From Nitrospira sp. (GTDB lineage Bacteria > Nitrospirota > Nitrospiria > Nitrospirales > Nitrospiraceae), in NCBI GenBank assembly GCA_024998625.1, contig JACOEL010000021.1, forward strand, positions 114 through 64,113: a DNA stretch of 64,000 nt. The letters run 5' to 3'. A program made the translations under genes and the position numbers. Below the pieces are notes generated by a model. That model was given only the letters and a program-made list of their open reading frames with translations. It did not search any database and had not been told where the DNA came from. Position 1 is the first letter of the stretch, and each line of letters starts with the position of its first letter. Shown here piece by piece: positions 40,899-49,969 of the stretch.

Positions 40899-41939
40899 TC
40901 AGTTCTCTCTCCTTCCTTGCCGCATCCCCAGAAGAGGTGTTACCAGCCATGGCAACTCCAAGACATCGCGTCCGAAGTGGAGTCGGTAACAGTCTGCCTG
41001 CTCGACCAATCGCACAAGCGCTTGAAACTCCAGGCGCGCCACCTCGGCGTCATACACCAGCAAGGAATGCGGAAGAATCATTTCCAATGCTACCTTCTTG
41101 GACAAGGGCTCCAGGCAACTATGCGAGGAATTGACCACCTCGGGAAAGAGGATCACGCTTGGCTCGCAAGGCTGACCTAATGGCCCCGGATACATATCCT
41201 CGACATTGAAATAGCGCTTGGGGACACCTGCATGCAGGACAGATGGCGGAGCCTCTCGCAATTCGGGAAAGAACGATACGGTGTGATCGGTCACGTTGAT
41301 CTTCAGCGGATACGGGAGGATCTCCACGCGTGTGCCGCTGATCCGAAAAAATGGGTGGTCATCGGAGAGGTAACGATACCCTGATCTCAGTAGTGATAGG
41401 AACGAGGTGGTTTTCCCTTGCCCACTGAAACCAGGAATCAGCACCCCCCGCCCCATGTGCTCCAGGGCGGTGGCATGAAACGTATACAATCCTCGCCGCT
41501 TCAGTAGTTCCGTCATGGCGAAATGGACAAAACTCACTCGGATATCCGGTGCCATAGTCTCCGGTTTCACCAAATACCCCTGGACAGATGGCGAAGCCCC
41601 ATCGATGACGACCAGGCCTTCTTCATGAAAGTCAGCAATCAACAGTCCCTGTTCTGAGTAGATGTCGCACAGCCATGTCGTCCGTCGATCAGGACCAATC
41701 ACGAGGCCAGAACCGCTGTACAACAGTTTCGCCGAACCAGAAACCCTAACAGGAACATCCCCTCGTCGCTCGACCGCGTCGAATTCCATCAGCATCGGTT
41801 GAGCCACAGTGGTGGCGAGTTGAAAGTGATGGAATAACGCCTCAACGGAATGTGCCAGCTCGGACGAATTGGTGGTGAATTTCATCTCTATGCCATGGAC
41901 AGAGAGTAGAAGTTCTTTCGTTATCGACGTCATGAACAT
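40899..41939 (-). CDS. HPr-kinase-like P-loop kinase (lasso-cluster type)
   Basis: FHATAL, GVLIPGFSGQGKTT (Walker A), YLSDD. Confidence 0.85.
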   Translation of the reverse strand: MFMTSITKELLLSVHGIEMKFTTNSSELAHSVEALFHHFQLATTVAQPMLMEFDAVERRGDVPVRVSGSAKLLYSGSGLVIGPDRRTTWLCDIYSEQGLLIADFHEEGLVVIDGASPSVQGYLVKPETMAPDIRVSFVHFAMTELLKRRGLYTFHATALEHMGRGVLIPGFSGQGKTTSFLSLLRSGYRYLSDDHPFFRISGTRVEILPYPLKINVTDHTVSFFPELREAPPSVLHAGVPKRYFNVEDMYPGPLGQPCEPSVILFPEVVNSSHSCLEPLSKKVALEMILPHSLLVYDAEVARLEFQALVRLVEQADCYRLHFGRDVLELPWLVTPLLGMRQGRREN

Positions 41940-41995
41940 TCACGCGTCTCCTTTTCAACCTTTCGTCCACCGCCATCGCCTTACCGCTCTAGAAC

Positions 41996-42026
41996 GAGCT
42001 GGCCGGTCTGATTCACCGGCCAGCTC
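41996..42026. terminator. Perfect 12-bp stem-loop downstream of the precursor gene
   Basis: GAGCTGGCCGGT-CTGATTC-ACCGGCCAGCTC; no U tract on the minus strand. Confidence 0.65.
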
Positions 42027-42053
42027 CGCTGCTCTCACGGGAGCATTCGACAA

Positions 42054-42167
42054 CTAGCTGATTCTTTGATCCACCACGCGGGACAGCTGAATAGCCGTCA
42101 CGTCGCGCAGCAACTCATGCTTCACGAGCGCCGGCTTGACGTACACGATTTTCTTCTGTTGCTCCAT
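42054..42167 (-). CDS. RiPP precursor, lasso-type leader: MEQQKKIVYVKPALVKHELLRDVTAIQLSRVVDQRIS
   Basis: Translated by hand; AAAGGAGGTGA RBS overlapping the RRE stop; YxxPxL(x9)T leader spacing; sits between RRE and kinase. Confidence 0.88.
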   Translation of the reverse strand: MEQQKKIVYVKPALVKHELLRDVTAIQLSRVVDQRIS

Positions 42168-42173
42168 TCTGAC

Positions 42174-42491
42174 TCACCTCCTTTCAATCTGAAGTAATCC
42201 CTCCTGCTCCAAATGCACGATCAAATCCAACACATCGTCCTGAGCCTGCTGTGCAGACACGTCAAATCTGGCACAGATTGCTGAGTGAATCTGCCGCAAC
42301 GACTGCTCCCCTCTGCACAAATCCCAAATGGTTGATCCGACGACATTGAGCGTGTAATAGCGGCCGGAGTTCAGATTCAACAGCACACTTTCACCATCGA
42401 GAACCGTGCTGTGGACCTGTTCATCCTGCCTGGGAAATACTTCGGATAATTCGAACTGACGCTCACTCCACAGATGCACAGTGGCAGGCAT
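42174..42491 (-). CDS. PqqD-family RiPP recognition element (lasso B1/E protein)
   Basis: CAGGAG RBS; VLLNLNSGRYYTLNVVGSTIWDLC.G..SL.QI...ICARFDV....A..DV..LI..L.QEGLL. Confidence 0.92.
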   Translation of the reverse strand: MPATVHLWSERQFELSEVFPRQDEQVHSTVLDGESVLLNLNSGRYYTLNVVGSTIWDLCRGEQSLRQIHSAICARFDVSAQQAQDDVLDLIVHLEQEGLLQIERR

Positions 42492-42863
42492 ATAGATGCT
42501 CCTGGTTCAGATTGTTGGGGATTTGTGACTGCTCCGATAGCACCATTCGTTCTAAAACTGATTCTTCCTCGAAGTCTTGGTCTCCCCACAAGCAAGACGT
42601 GTACATCACTGCAAGACAAGGGCGAAACTATCGTCATCACGTCCGTTTCTCTATCCCCAGTGAGATTGGGCTCCACCTCCCTTTGGGGGATCCGGATTTT
42701 GCTTTTATGGAAACGGATGAAAAAAGCGTGCAGATGAGGCCGCTGACGAGTTTCAAAGCCGAACTTGTCAGCTTGATTCACGCAGACGCACAGGAAAGAC
42801 TCAATTCTCTCAGGCCCGCCATGTCCAGCCGACCCCAAAAGACGGTAATGTGCAGAGGAGATC

Positions 42864-43304
42864 TCAGGAGATGCGAGATGATTGAGTACTTGAAGAAAGC
42901 AGGGATTGGGGGAAGGTAACCGTCACCGTAAACGATTGCCAGTGGGAGGACGGCTCAAGAAACTCATGACCATGCAGCACCAGCCATGCGTGTCCCTCCA
43001 GCTGCTGATTGAGCTTCATCACTCCACATTTGAATTGAACGGGGAGGCCGGCACGGCGGGCGAAAAAAAACAGCGCTAACGCTCGAGGAAAACAATTTCC
43101 CTTCGGATTGTATGGAAACAGCGCAAGCCACCGATCCACATAATAGGCCACATTTTCCATCGCGTGCTCATCAGGACCGGCTGAAATCTCACATGATAAC
43201 CAGCCGAGCAATCGTCTGAGACTCGTCAGGCGGGACACGATGCGAACTCCAACGACCACAACACCAGTGGCAACGATCAGTCGATATTTCCGAACCGACG
43301 ACAT
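42864..43304 (-). CDS. Lasso-peptide B2 leader protease (transglutaminase-like Cys protease)
   Basis: NCFPRALAL (Cys), V.FKCGV, GHAWL (His) followed by Glu. Confidence 0.9.
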   Translation of the reverse strand: MSSVRKYRLIVATGVVVVGVRIVSRLTSLRRLLGWLSCEISAGPDEHAMENVAYYVDRWLALFPYNPKGNCFPRALALFFFARRAGLPVQFKCGVMKLNQQLEGHAWLVLHGHEFLEPSSHWQSFTVTVTFPQSLLSSSTQSSRIS

Positions 43305-43371
43305 GCCAATCAGTCTAGCAAGGCGCAGGAGAAAGTCCAGACGATCCTATGAACCGGCGAGGAGAAGGAGG

Positions 43372-44802
43372 TCAGCGTGGAGCTTCAAAGAGCCCAAGTT
43401 GAAGTTCTTCTGCCCTGGTAAAGGAGATAGGATATTGTTCGGTAAAGCAAGCATCGCAGTAGTGCCCCGGAATGCCGGGAGCCGCCTTCACCATGCCGTC
43501 CAGGCTCAAATAGGCGAGGCTATCCGCGGTGATGTATTTACGAATCTCTTCGGTGGTGTGACTGGACGCGATCAATTCCTTCTTGGTCGGGGTATCGATA
43601 CCATAAAAACAGGGCGACACGATCGGCGGAGAACTAATCCGCATATGTACTTCTTTGGCTCCGGCATGACGCAGCATCTTGACGATTTTTCGGCTAGTCG
43701 TTCCTCGAACCAACGAATCGTCTACTACGACGACGCGTTTCCCTTCGAGGACTTCGGGAACGGCATTGAGTTTTACCTTCACACCAAAGTGGCGAATTGA
43801 CTGTTCAGGCTCGATGAAGGTGCGACCCACATAATGATTTCGAATCAGCCCCGTCTCGAACGGAAACCCAGATCCTTCGGAATACCCCAACGCCGCCGGC
43901 ACCCCGGAATCCGGCACGGGAATCACGATGTCCGCATCAACCCGCGATTCTTTCGCCAATTGTCGCCCGAATGCTTTCCGGATGGAATAGACGGCTTTGC
44001 CTCCAAAAATGCGGCTGTCAGGACGGGCAAAGTAGACATATTCAAACACACACATGGCCGGCTTGGTTTGAGCAAATGGCTTATAACTGGTGACGCCCTG
44101 ATGATCCAGTACCACCAACTCTCCCGGTTCGATCTCCCTTACATATTCGGCATCCAACAGATCGAACGCGCAACTTTCGGAGGCCACTATCCAGGCGTCA
44201 CGAAACCGTCCCAGGCACAGGGGGCGGAATCCATAGGGATCGCGCGCGGCGACAATGCCCTGATCGGTCATCAGAACTACTGAAAATGCACCGCGAACCT
44301 GGGTGAGCGAATCGATGACCCGGTCCAGCAGCGTATCCGCCCGCGAATGCGCGATGAGATGGATTATGACTTCCGTATCGGACGTCGATTGAAAAATAGC
44401 GCCATAGGCTTCCAGTTCACTGCGAAGCATGGTGGCATTGATCAAATTCCCATTGTGCGCCACGGCCAAGTTACCGAAGGCAAAATTGACGCTCAAGGGT
44501 TGCACATTCTTGAGGCCCGCCCCGCCCGCGGTGGAATAGCGGTTGTGCCCAATCGCCATCGTACCGGGCAAACGCGCCAAGGCCTGTTGCGAAAAGATAT
44601 CGGCGACAAGGCCCTGGCCCTTTTCGACATAAAACTGTTCGCCGTCGTTGGAGACAATGCCGGAAGCTTCCTGTCCGCGATGTTGCAAGGCATAGAGGCC
44701 GAGGTAGGCGAGGTTCGAGGCCTCTTTATGGCCGTAGATTCCGAACACGGCGCATTCGTCGTGGAACTTATCGGGAGAAATCAGCGGTAATTCGTTGGCC
44801 AT
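43372..44802 (-). CDS. purF: Amidophosphoribosyltransferase
   Basis: [45 protein letters not shown]. Confidence 0.98.
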   Translation of the reverse strand: MANELPLISPDKFHDECAVFGIYGHKEASNLAYLGLYALQHRGQEASGIVSNDGEQFYVEKGQGLVADIFSQQALARLPGTMAIGHNRYSTAGGAGLKNVQPLSVNFAFGNLAVAHNGNLINATMLRSELEAYGAIFQSTSDTEVIIHLIAHSRADTLLDRVIDSLTQVRGAFSVVLMTDQGIVAARDPYGFRPLCLGRFRDAWIVASESCAFDLLDAEYVREIEPGELVVLDHQGVTSYKPFAQTKPAMCVFEYVYFARPDSRIFGGKAVYSIRKAFGRQLAKESRVDADIVIPVPDSGVPAALGYSEGSGFPFETGLIRNHYVGRTFIEPEQSIRHFGVKVKLNAVPEVLEGKRVVVVDDSLVRGTTSRKIVKMLRHAGAKEVHMRISSPPIVSPCFYGIDTPTKKELIASSHTTEEIRKYITADSLAYLSLDGMVKAAPGIPGHYCDACFTEQYPISFTRAEELQLGLFEAPR

Positions 44803-44814
44803 GACGCCCGTATC

Positions 44815-47070
44815 CTAGTCCTGACCTAATGCACGAGGGATTGCCAACCCCCAATGGTCATACAGCGCCGTCAATTCGAGATCGATTTTGCAGCCAGCCG
44901 CCCGCTGATCACCGTCTACCTGAATCACCAACCGGTCACCTCCGACAGTACCGATCCGAGCGGCATGAACACCGGCATCCCAGGCCACATTCAAGACCCG
45001 CTCGGCCACTTCCGCTTTCACGGAAAGCAGAATTCGCGATTGGCTTTCCCCAAAGAGCAACGCGTCTCGACGAAGACCGTCAAGCGGCAATTGTACCACA
45101 GCCCCCAGTCGTTGAGCGGATCCCGAGATGCAGCACTCCGTCAGCGCCACCGCCAATCCGCCATCGGAACAGTCATGCGCCGACTGCACCAACCCCTCGC
45201 GGATGAGTCGAATCGTGCAAGCCTGCACGGCTTTTTCGGTTTCCAAACTCAGCAACGGCGGCGAACCCTGCTCCCGATGGTGCACTACTTTCAGATATTC
45301 CGTTCCACCGAGATCTTCACGAGTCTGGCCAAGGAGAATGATCGCATCGCCGGACTGTTTGAACCACTGCGTGACCGCGCGATCGGCCTCTTCGATCAAC
45401 CCGACCATCCCGATCATCGGCGTGGGATAAATCGACAGGTCGTTTGTCTCATTGTACAAACTCACATTGCCGCTCACGATGGGCACATTCAACGCCTCGC
45501 ACGCATCCTTGAGCCCTTCAATCGCAAGTACGAACTGCCACATGACCTCGGGGCGCTGCGGATTGCCGAAATTCAGGCAGTCGGTCACGCCGATCGGCTC
45601 AGCTCCCGAGCAAGCAAGGTTTCGCGCACATTCCGCAATGGCGATCTTGGCCCCCTCATAAGGATTCAAGAGACAATAGCGTCCGTTGCAATCAACGGAC
45701 AACGCCAACGCCTTATTCGTCCCCTTCACCCGCAGCACCGCCGCATCCGACCCTGGACGCACCATCGTATTTGTTCGCACCATGTGGTCATACTGCTCGT
45801 AGACCCACCGCTTACTGGCAATGGTCGGCGAATCCAGGAGTGCGAGCAATGCGGCATTGGCGTCTTTGACGTCGGGCAGGGCATCATGATTCAGCGCCTG
45901 CAACATCTCTTGATAGGCAGGCGGCGAACTAGGCCGATCATACCGGGGCCCCTCGTCGGCCAGAGCCTTGGCCGGAATCTCTGCAACCACTTGGCCATGC
46001 TCTTTGAGGACCACCTTGCCCGTATCCGTCACCCGGCCGATCACCGCCACATCCAGATCCCACTTACGGCAGATCTTGATCACCTCGTCTTCACGACCGG
46101 CCTTCGCCACCATCAACATCCGCTCTTGGGATTCCGAGAGCATGATCTCGTAGGGCGTCATCCTCGGTTCACGACGCGGCACATCTGCCAACTCCAACTC
46201 CACGCCCGTGCCTTCACGCGAGGCCATTTCGCAGGCCGAACTCGTCAAACCGGCAGCACCCATGTCTTGAATGCCGACCAGGCAATCACCGGCCATCAGC
46301 TCCAAACAGGCTTCCAGCAACAGCTTCTCAGTAAATGGGTCACCGACCTGCACCGTCGGCCGCTTCTGTCCCGCTTGTTCATCGAACGAGTCCGAGGCCA
46401 TCGTCGCGCCATGAATCCCGTCACGCCCCGTCTTCGAACCGAAATAGATCACCGGATTACCGACGCCTGCGGCCTTGCCCAGAAAAATCTTATCCTTCTT
46501 GGCGATTCCCAGACAGAACACGTTCACCAGAGGATTCAGGGCATAGATGTCGTTGAAGACGATTTCTCCGCCGACGGTGGGCACTCCCATGCAGTTGCCG
46601 TAACCGGCAATGCCCGACACAACCCCCTTGAGCAGATGGCGGGTATTCGCATTGTCCAATCCGCCGAACCGCAGCGAGTTCAGCAACGCAATCGGCCGAG
46701 CGCCCATCGTAAAAATATCGCGTAGAATTCCGCCCACCCCCGTCGCCGCACCCTGGTAGGGCTCGATGAAAGAAGGATGGTTGTGAGACTCCATCTTGAA
46801 CACCGCGCACAGACCATCCCCGATATCCACCGCGCCGGCATTTTCGCCGGGCCCCTGAACCACGCGCGGCCCCGTCGTCGGCAACTTCTTCAAGTGGATG
46901 CGGGAGCTCTTGTACGAGCAATGTTCGCTCCACATGGCCGAGAACATGCCCAGTTCGGTCCAGTTGGGTTCTCGCCCCAATATCTCCAGGATCTTCTTAT
47001 ATTCGTCATCGCTCAGCTTATGCTGTTCAAGGAGGGCTTTGGTAATCACCAGTGCGTTCATGAATGACAC
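44815..47070 (-). CDS. purL: FGAM synthase subunit PurL (small type)
   Basis: [44 protein letters not shown]. Confidence 0.98.
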   Translation of the reverse strand: MSFMNALVITKALLEQHKLSDDEYKKILEILGREPNWTELGMFSAMWSEHCSYKSSRIHLKKLPTTGPRVVQGPGENAGAVDIGDGLCAVFKMESHNHPSFIEPYQGAATGVGGILRDIFTMGARPIALLNSLRFGGLDNANTRHLLKGVVSGIAGYGNCMGVPTVGGEIVFNDIYALNPLVNVFCLGIAKKDKIFLGKAAGVGNPVIYFGSKTGRDGIHGATMASDSFDEQAGQKRPTVQVGDPFTEKLLLEACLELMAGDCLVGIQDMGAAGLTSSACEMASREGTGVELELADVPRREPRMTPYEIMLSESQERMLMVAKAGREDEVIKICRKWDLDVAVIGRVTDTGKVVLKEHGQVVAEIPAKALADEGPRYDRPSSPPAYQEMLQALNHDALPDVKDANAALLALLDSPTIASKRWVYEQYDHMVRTNTMVRPGSDAAVLRVKGTNKALALSVDCNGRYCLLNPYEGAKIAIAECARNLACSGAEPIGVTDCLNFGNPQRPEVMWQFVLAIEGLKDACEALNVPIVSGNVSLYNETNDLSIYPTPMIGMVGLIEEADRAVTQWFKQSGDAIILLGQTREDLGGTEYLKVVHHREQGSPPLLSLETEKAVQACTIRLIREGLVQSAHDCSDGGLAVALTECCISGSAQRLGAVVQLPLDGLRRDALLFGESQSRILLSVKAEVAERVLNVAWDAGVHAARIGTVGGDRLVIQVDGDQRAAGCKIDLELTALYDHWGLAIPRALGQD

Positions 47071-47129
47071 ATTCTCAATCGTAGGGGGTTACCGATAGTT
47101 CCAGGATCGCTGCTCACGCGAACCGGCCG

Positions 47130-47852
47130 TCATACTCCGATCAACCTGGACTGCAATTCGGGCTTGCCGAACGAGCTCAACATCGACTGAAAGATCAGCC
47201 GACCATCTTCATTACCCAATATCGATTCCGCACTGCGCTCGGGATGCGGCATCATGCCCAGCACATTTCCATCCGCATTCATGATTCCGGCGATGTTATC
47301 CAGCGAACCGTTCGGGTTGGCATCGGGCGTCACCTTGCCGTCTGCCGTGCAGTACCGAAAGAGCACTTGTGCATTGGCTTTAATGCCGCCGAGCGTGACC
47401 GGGTCGGTGTAATAGTTGCCGTCGGCATGCGCGATGGGAATCTTCAACACCTGGCCGGATTCGCATTGATTCGTAAACCGGGTCGCCGCGTTTTCCACCT
47501 TCACATAGACATCCTTGCAGATAAAATTGAGCGAGGTGTTCCGCAACATCACACCTGGCAGGAGACCAGCCTCCAGCAGAATCTGAAACCCATTGCAGAT
47601 GCCGATGACCAGTCCACCCTTACTCGCAAAGGCCTTCACCGCTCCCATCACCGGAGAAAACCTCGCGATGGCGCCCGTCCGCAGGTAGTCTCCATAAGAA
47701 AACCCGCCTGGCAGTACGACCGCATCGAGTCCCGCGAGCAGAGTTTCCTTGTGCCAAATCATCTCCACATACTGGCCCAGCACATCCTGAAAGATATACT
47801 GGCAATCATGATCGCAATTACTGCCGGGAAATACCACCACGCCGATTTTCAT
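47130..47852 (-). CDS. purQ: FGAM synthase subunit PurQ
   Basis: [32 protein letters not shown]. Confidence 0.98.
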   Translation of the reverse strand: MKIGVVVFPGSNCDHDCQYIFQDVLGQYVEMIWHKETLLAGLDAVVLPGGFSYGDYLRTGAIARFSPVMGAVKAFASKGGLVIGICNGFQILLEAGLLPGVMLRNTSLNFICKDVYVKVENAATRFTNQCESGQVLKIPIAHADGNYYTDPVTLGGIKANAQVLFRYCTADGKVTPDANPNGSLDNIAGIMNADGNVLGMMPHPERSAESILGNEDGRLIFQSMLSSFGKPELQSRLIGV

Positions 47853-47899
47853 TTCACTCACCCTCACCTATCGCAGTGCGATGGTAGGATCTGGTTTTA

Positions 47900-47976
47900 C
47901 TGCGCGCGTCCAACGAGGGCCTTCCGAGGCCGCGCGTTGCGCGAGCACAAAGCAGGTCCTGCCGTCGCGCGGCCTC
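47900..47976. repeat. GC-rich palindromic intergenic element between purS and purQ
   Basis: 11-bp inverted repeat GAGGCCGCGCG (47926-36) / CGCGCGGCCTC (47966-76) enclosing a GCAGG-T-CCTGC palindrome; only one copy in the window. Confidence 0.55.
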
Positions 47977-48214
47977 ACTGCAACTCGTAACGATAATCCT
48001 CGATCACCGTATTCGCCAGCAACTTTTCACACATCTGCTTCACCTGGACGTCCGCCTTGGCGCAGTCCGGTTCGTTCACGTCCACTTCCATGTACTTGCC
48101 GACTCGCACGTTTCCTGCATTCTTAAACCCGAGGGAGTCCAGCGCATGTTCGATCGCCTTTCCCTGCGGATCGAGAATTCCCTGCTTCAGCGTCACATGA
48201 ATCTTAGCTTTCAT
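47975..48214 (-). CDS. purS: FGAM synthase subunit PurS
   Basis: LDPQGKAI, VRVGKY, MCEKLLANTVIEDY. Confidence 0.97.
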   Translation of the reverse strand: MKAKIHVTLKQGILDPQGKAIEHALDSLGFKNAGNVRVGKYMEVDVNEPDCAKADVQVKQMCEKLLANTVIEDYRYELQ

Positions 48215-48438
48215 TGTGCTTTTCCCACTTCCTGCTGTGCTTTGCCGACCCGCTGCACGTATTTCCTGATCCAAAAGATCACACCGATGGTCCCGAGCCC
48301 TGCCAGCGACATCAGGACGAACGCCCAGCGCCAGGGCGATTCCTTGAGGTGATAGGCCATCAACGCCACTGTGGCCGCCCACACCAGAATCGCCGCCACC
48401 AGGCCATAGTTCAAAAACAACTGGAGAAACCGGTTCAT
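48211..48438 (-). CDS. Small 2-TM membrane protein in the pur operon
   Basis: GGCGG RBS, two hydrophobic helices, stop overlaps purS start. Confidence 0.75.
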   Translation of the reverse strand: MNRFLQLFLNYGLVAAILVWAATVALMAYHLKESPWRWAFVLMSLAGLGTIGVIFWIRKYVQRVGKAQQEVGKAQ

Positions 48439-48445
48439 GCCGCCC

Positions 48446-49159
48446 CTATTCGCACACCCGCCTCAACACTTCCTGATACGCCTCTTCGATTTTCCCCAAA
48501 TCCTTCCGGAACCGGTCCTTGTCCATCGACTCTTTGGTCGTCTGGTCCCAAAACCGGCAGGTATCGGGAGAAATTTCGTCGGCGAGGATGAGTCGATTGT
48601 GGAAGACGCCGAACTCTAGCTTGAAATCGACGAGCATCATCCGCCGTTCTTTGAAGAACGGCAGCAACACGCCATTGATCTTGTGCCCCAACTCTCGCAT
48701 CTCCCGCATCACAGCCGGAGTCGCTATATTCAGCAGGCGCAGGTGATCGTCGTTCACCAGCGGATCGCCCAAGGCATCGTCTTTATAATAAAACTCGATG
48801 AGCGCCGGGTCGATGGCCGCGCCTTCTTTAAGGCCCAACCGCTTGGCAAGGCTCCCGGCGACGACATTCCTGACCACCACTTCCACCGGCACAATCGTCA
48901 CCCGCTTGGTGAGCATCTCACGGTCACTGATGCGTTCGATGAAGTGCGTCGAGATCCCCTGCTGCTCGAGAAGCCGGAACAGCCGCTCCGATACCTTGTT
49001 GTTGACCACCCCTTTATCGACGATGGTTCCGCGTTTCTGGGCATTGAACGCCGTGGCGTCATCCTTGAAATAGTGCAACACCTGGTCAGCTCGGTCAGTC
49101 GTGAAAATCTTCTTGGCCTTGCCCTCGTAGATCATCGTGCCTGCTGGTTCGGCGGTCAT
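48446..49159 (-). CDS. purC: SAICAR synthetase
   Basis: YEGKAK, FKDDATAFN, DFKLEFG, LADEISPDTCR.WD, DKDRFR. Confidence 0.98.
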   Translation of the reverse strand: MTAEPAGTMIYEGKAKKIFTTDRADQVLHYFKDDATAFNAQKRGTIVDKGVVNNKVSERLFRLLEQQGISTHFIERISDREMLTKRVTIVPVEVVVRNVVAGSLAKRLGLKEGAAIDPALIEFYYKDDALGDPLVNDDHLRLLNIATPAVMREMRELGHKINGVLLPFFKERRMMLVDFKLEFGVFHNRLILADEISPDTCRFWDQTTKESMDKDRFRKDLGKIEEAYQEVLRRVCE

Positions 49160-49174
49160 CCCTCTCTCCTTCGG

Positions 49175-49969
49175 CTACTGTGCAAACTTTTCCAAAATCT
49201 CATCCAGCGGACTCATCGTACCCAACAAGGTCGGATGCCCGAAACGTCGATTGTGGCGGAACTCCTTCACCTGCTGCAGCGCCCGCACGAGACTGTGGAA
49301 ATCCTCTAACGTTTCGGTCTCAAAATAGGTGATGAAATCGACATCGTCGAGGCCGGTGGAATGATACAGTTTCCGTTTCACCGTCTTTAGATAGGGAAGC
49401 GCCGCCTGCGTGTGCTCCTGCATTAGAGCGGTCCGTGCTTCCTGGTCCAGCCCCCACCATTCCGCATCCTTCTTGATCGGAATTACAATCGCGTACGGCC
49501 TCGACCCGGCTTCGGCTTTCACCTGTAACTCCGTCTTTATGGATTCCGAGAAACCGGCAACGTAGGTGGGCTTCTTGCTTAGACCATGGAGCACTCCTCC
49601 CGGGGTGAGATGGCGCCCCAATCGAGTGCCCATGAAGGTCGAGAGAAACTGTTGGGTGTCCGAGAGCGTGCGGGCATGTATCCGAAACATGAGATCGGCA
49701 TGGTCGGATAATCCACGAAGCAGATAGGACTCGATCAGAATCTTGCCGGACCATTGTTCGACTAGTCCCTTGACCTCCGCCACCGAAATAACGCGCGACT
49801 CGCCGGGGAGGTCCCACCAATCATGATCCATCTGGAAGGTTGCAAACGTCCCGTATACCCCGGGTTCTGTCAGCAGCTTTTCCCCTTCGGCTGCCGAAGC
49901 TGACCAAACCGCAATCAACAACAACACACCGGCCAACAGCCCGGTCCGTCCTGCTGCTCGTATGTTCAT
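49175..49969 (-). CDS. cld: Chlorite dismutase, periplasmic long type
   Basis: Signal peptide; IPIKKDAEWW, MQEH (proximal His), VKRKLYHSTG (distal Arg), DFITYFET; start overlaps purB stop (ATGA). Confidence 0.95.
   Translation of the reverse strand: MNIRAAGRTGLLAGVLLLIAVWSASAAEGEKLLTEPGVYGTFATFQMDHDWWDLPGESRVISVAEVKGLVEQWSGKILIESYLLRGLSDHADLMFRIHARTLSDTQQFLSTFMGTRLGRHLTPGGVLHGLSKKPTYVAGFSESIKTELQVKAEAGSRPYAIVIPIKKDAEWWGLDQEARTALMQEHTQAALPYLKTVKRKLYHSTGLDDVDFITYFETETLEDFHSLVRALQQVKEFRHNRRFGHPTLLGTMSPLDEILEKFAQ

Noticed and set aside
42377-42919. ORFs 42377-42838 (-) and 42512-42919 (+) as extra cluster genes or second precursors
   Set aside because: Overlap the RRE or B2 genes, lack a YxxP leader and have no recognisable motif.
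43372-44802. PurF as a substitute lasso cyclase
   Set aside because: It has an Ntn glutaminase plus PRTase domain, not the ATP-pyrophosphatase synthetase domain needed for macrolactam formation.
44854-46725. 623-aa plus-strand ORF
   Set aside because: Antisense shadow of purL.
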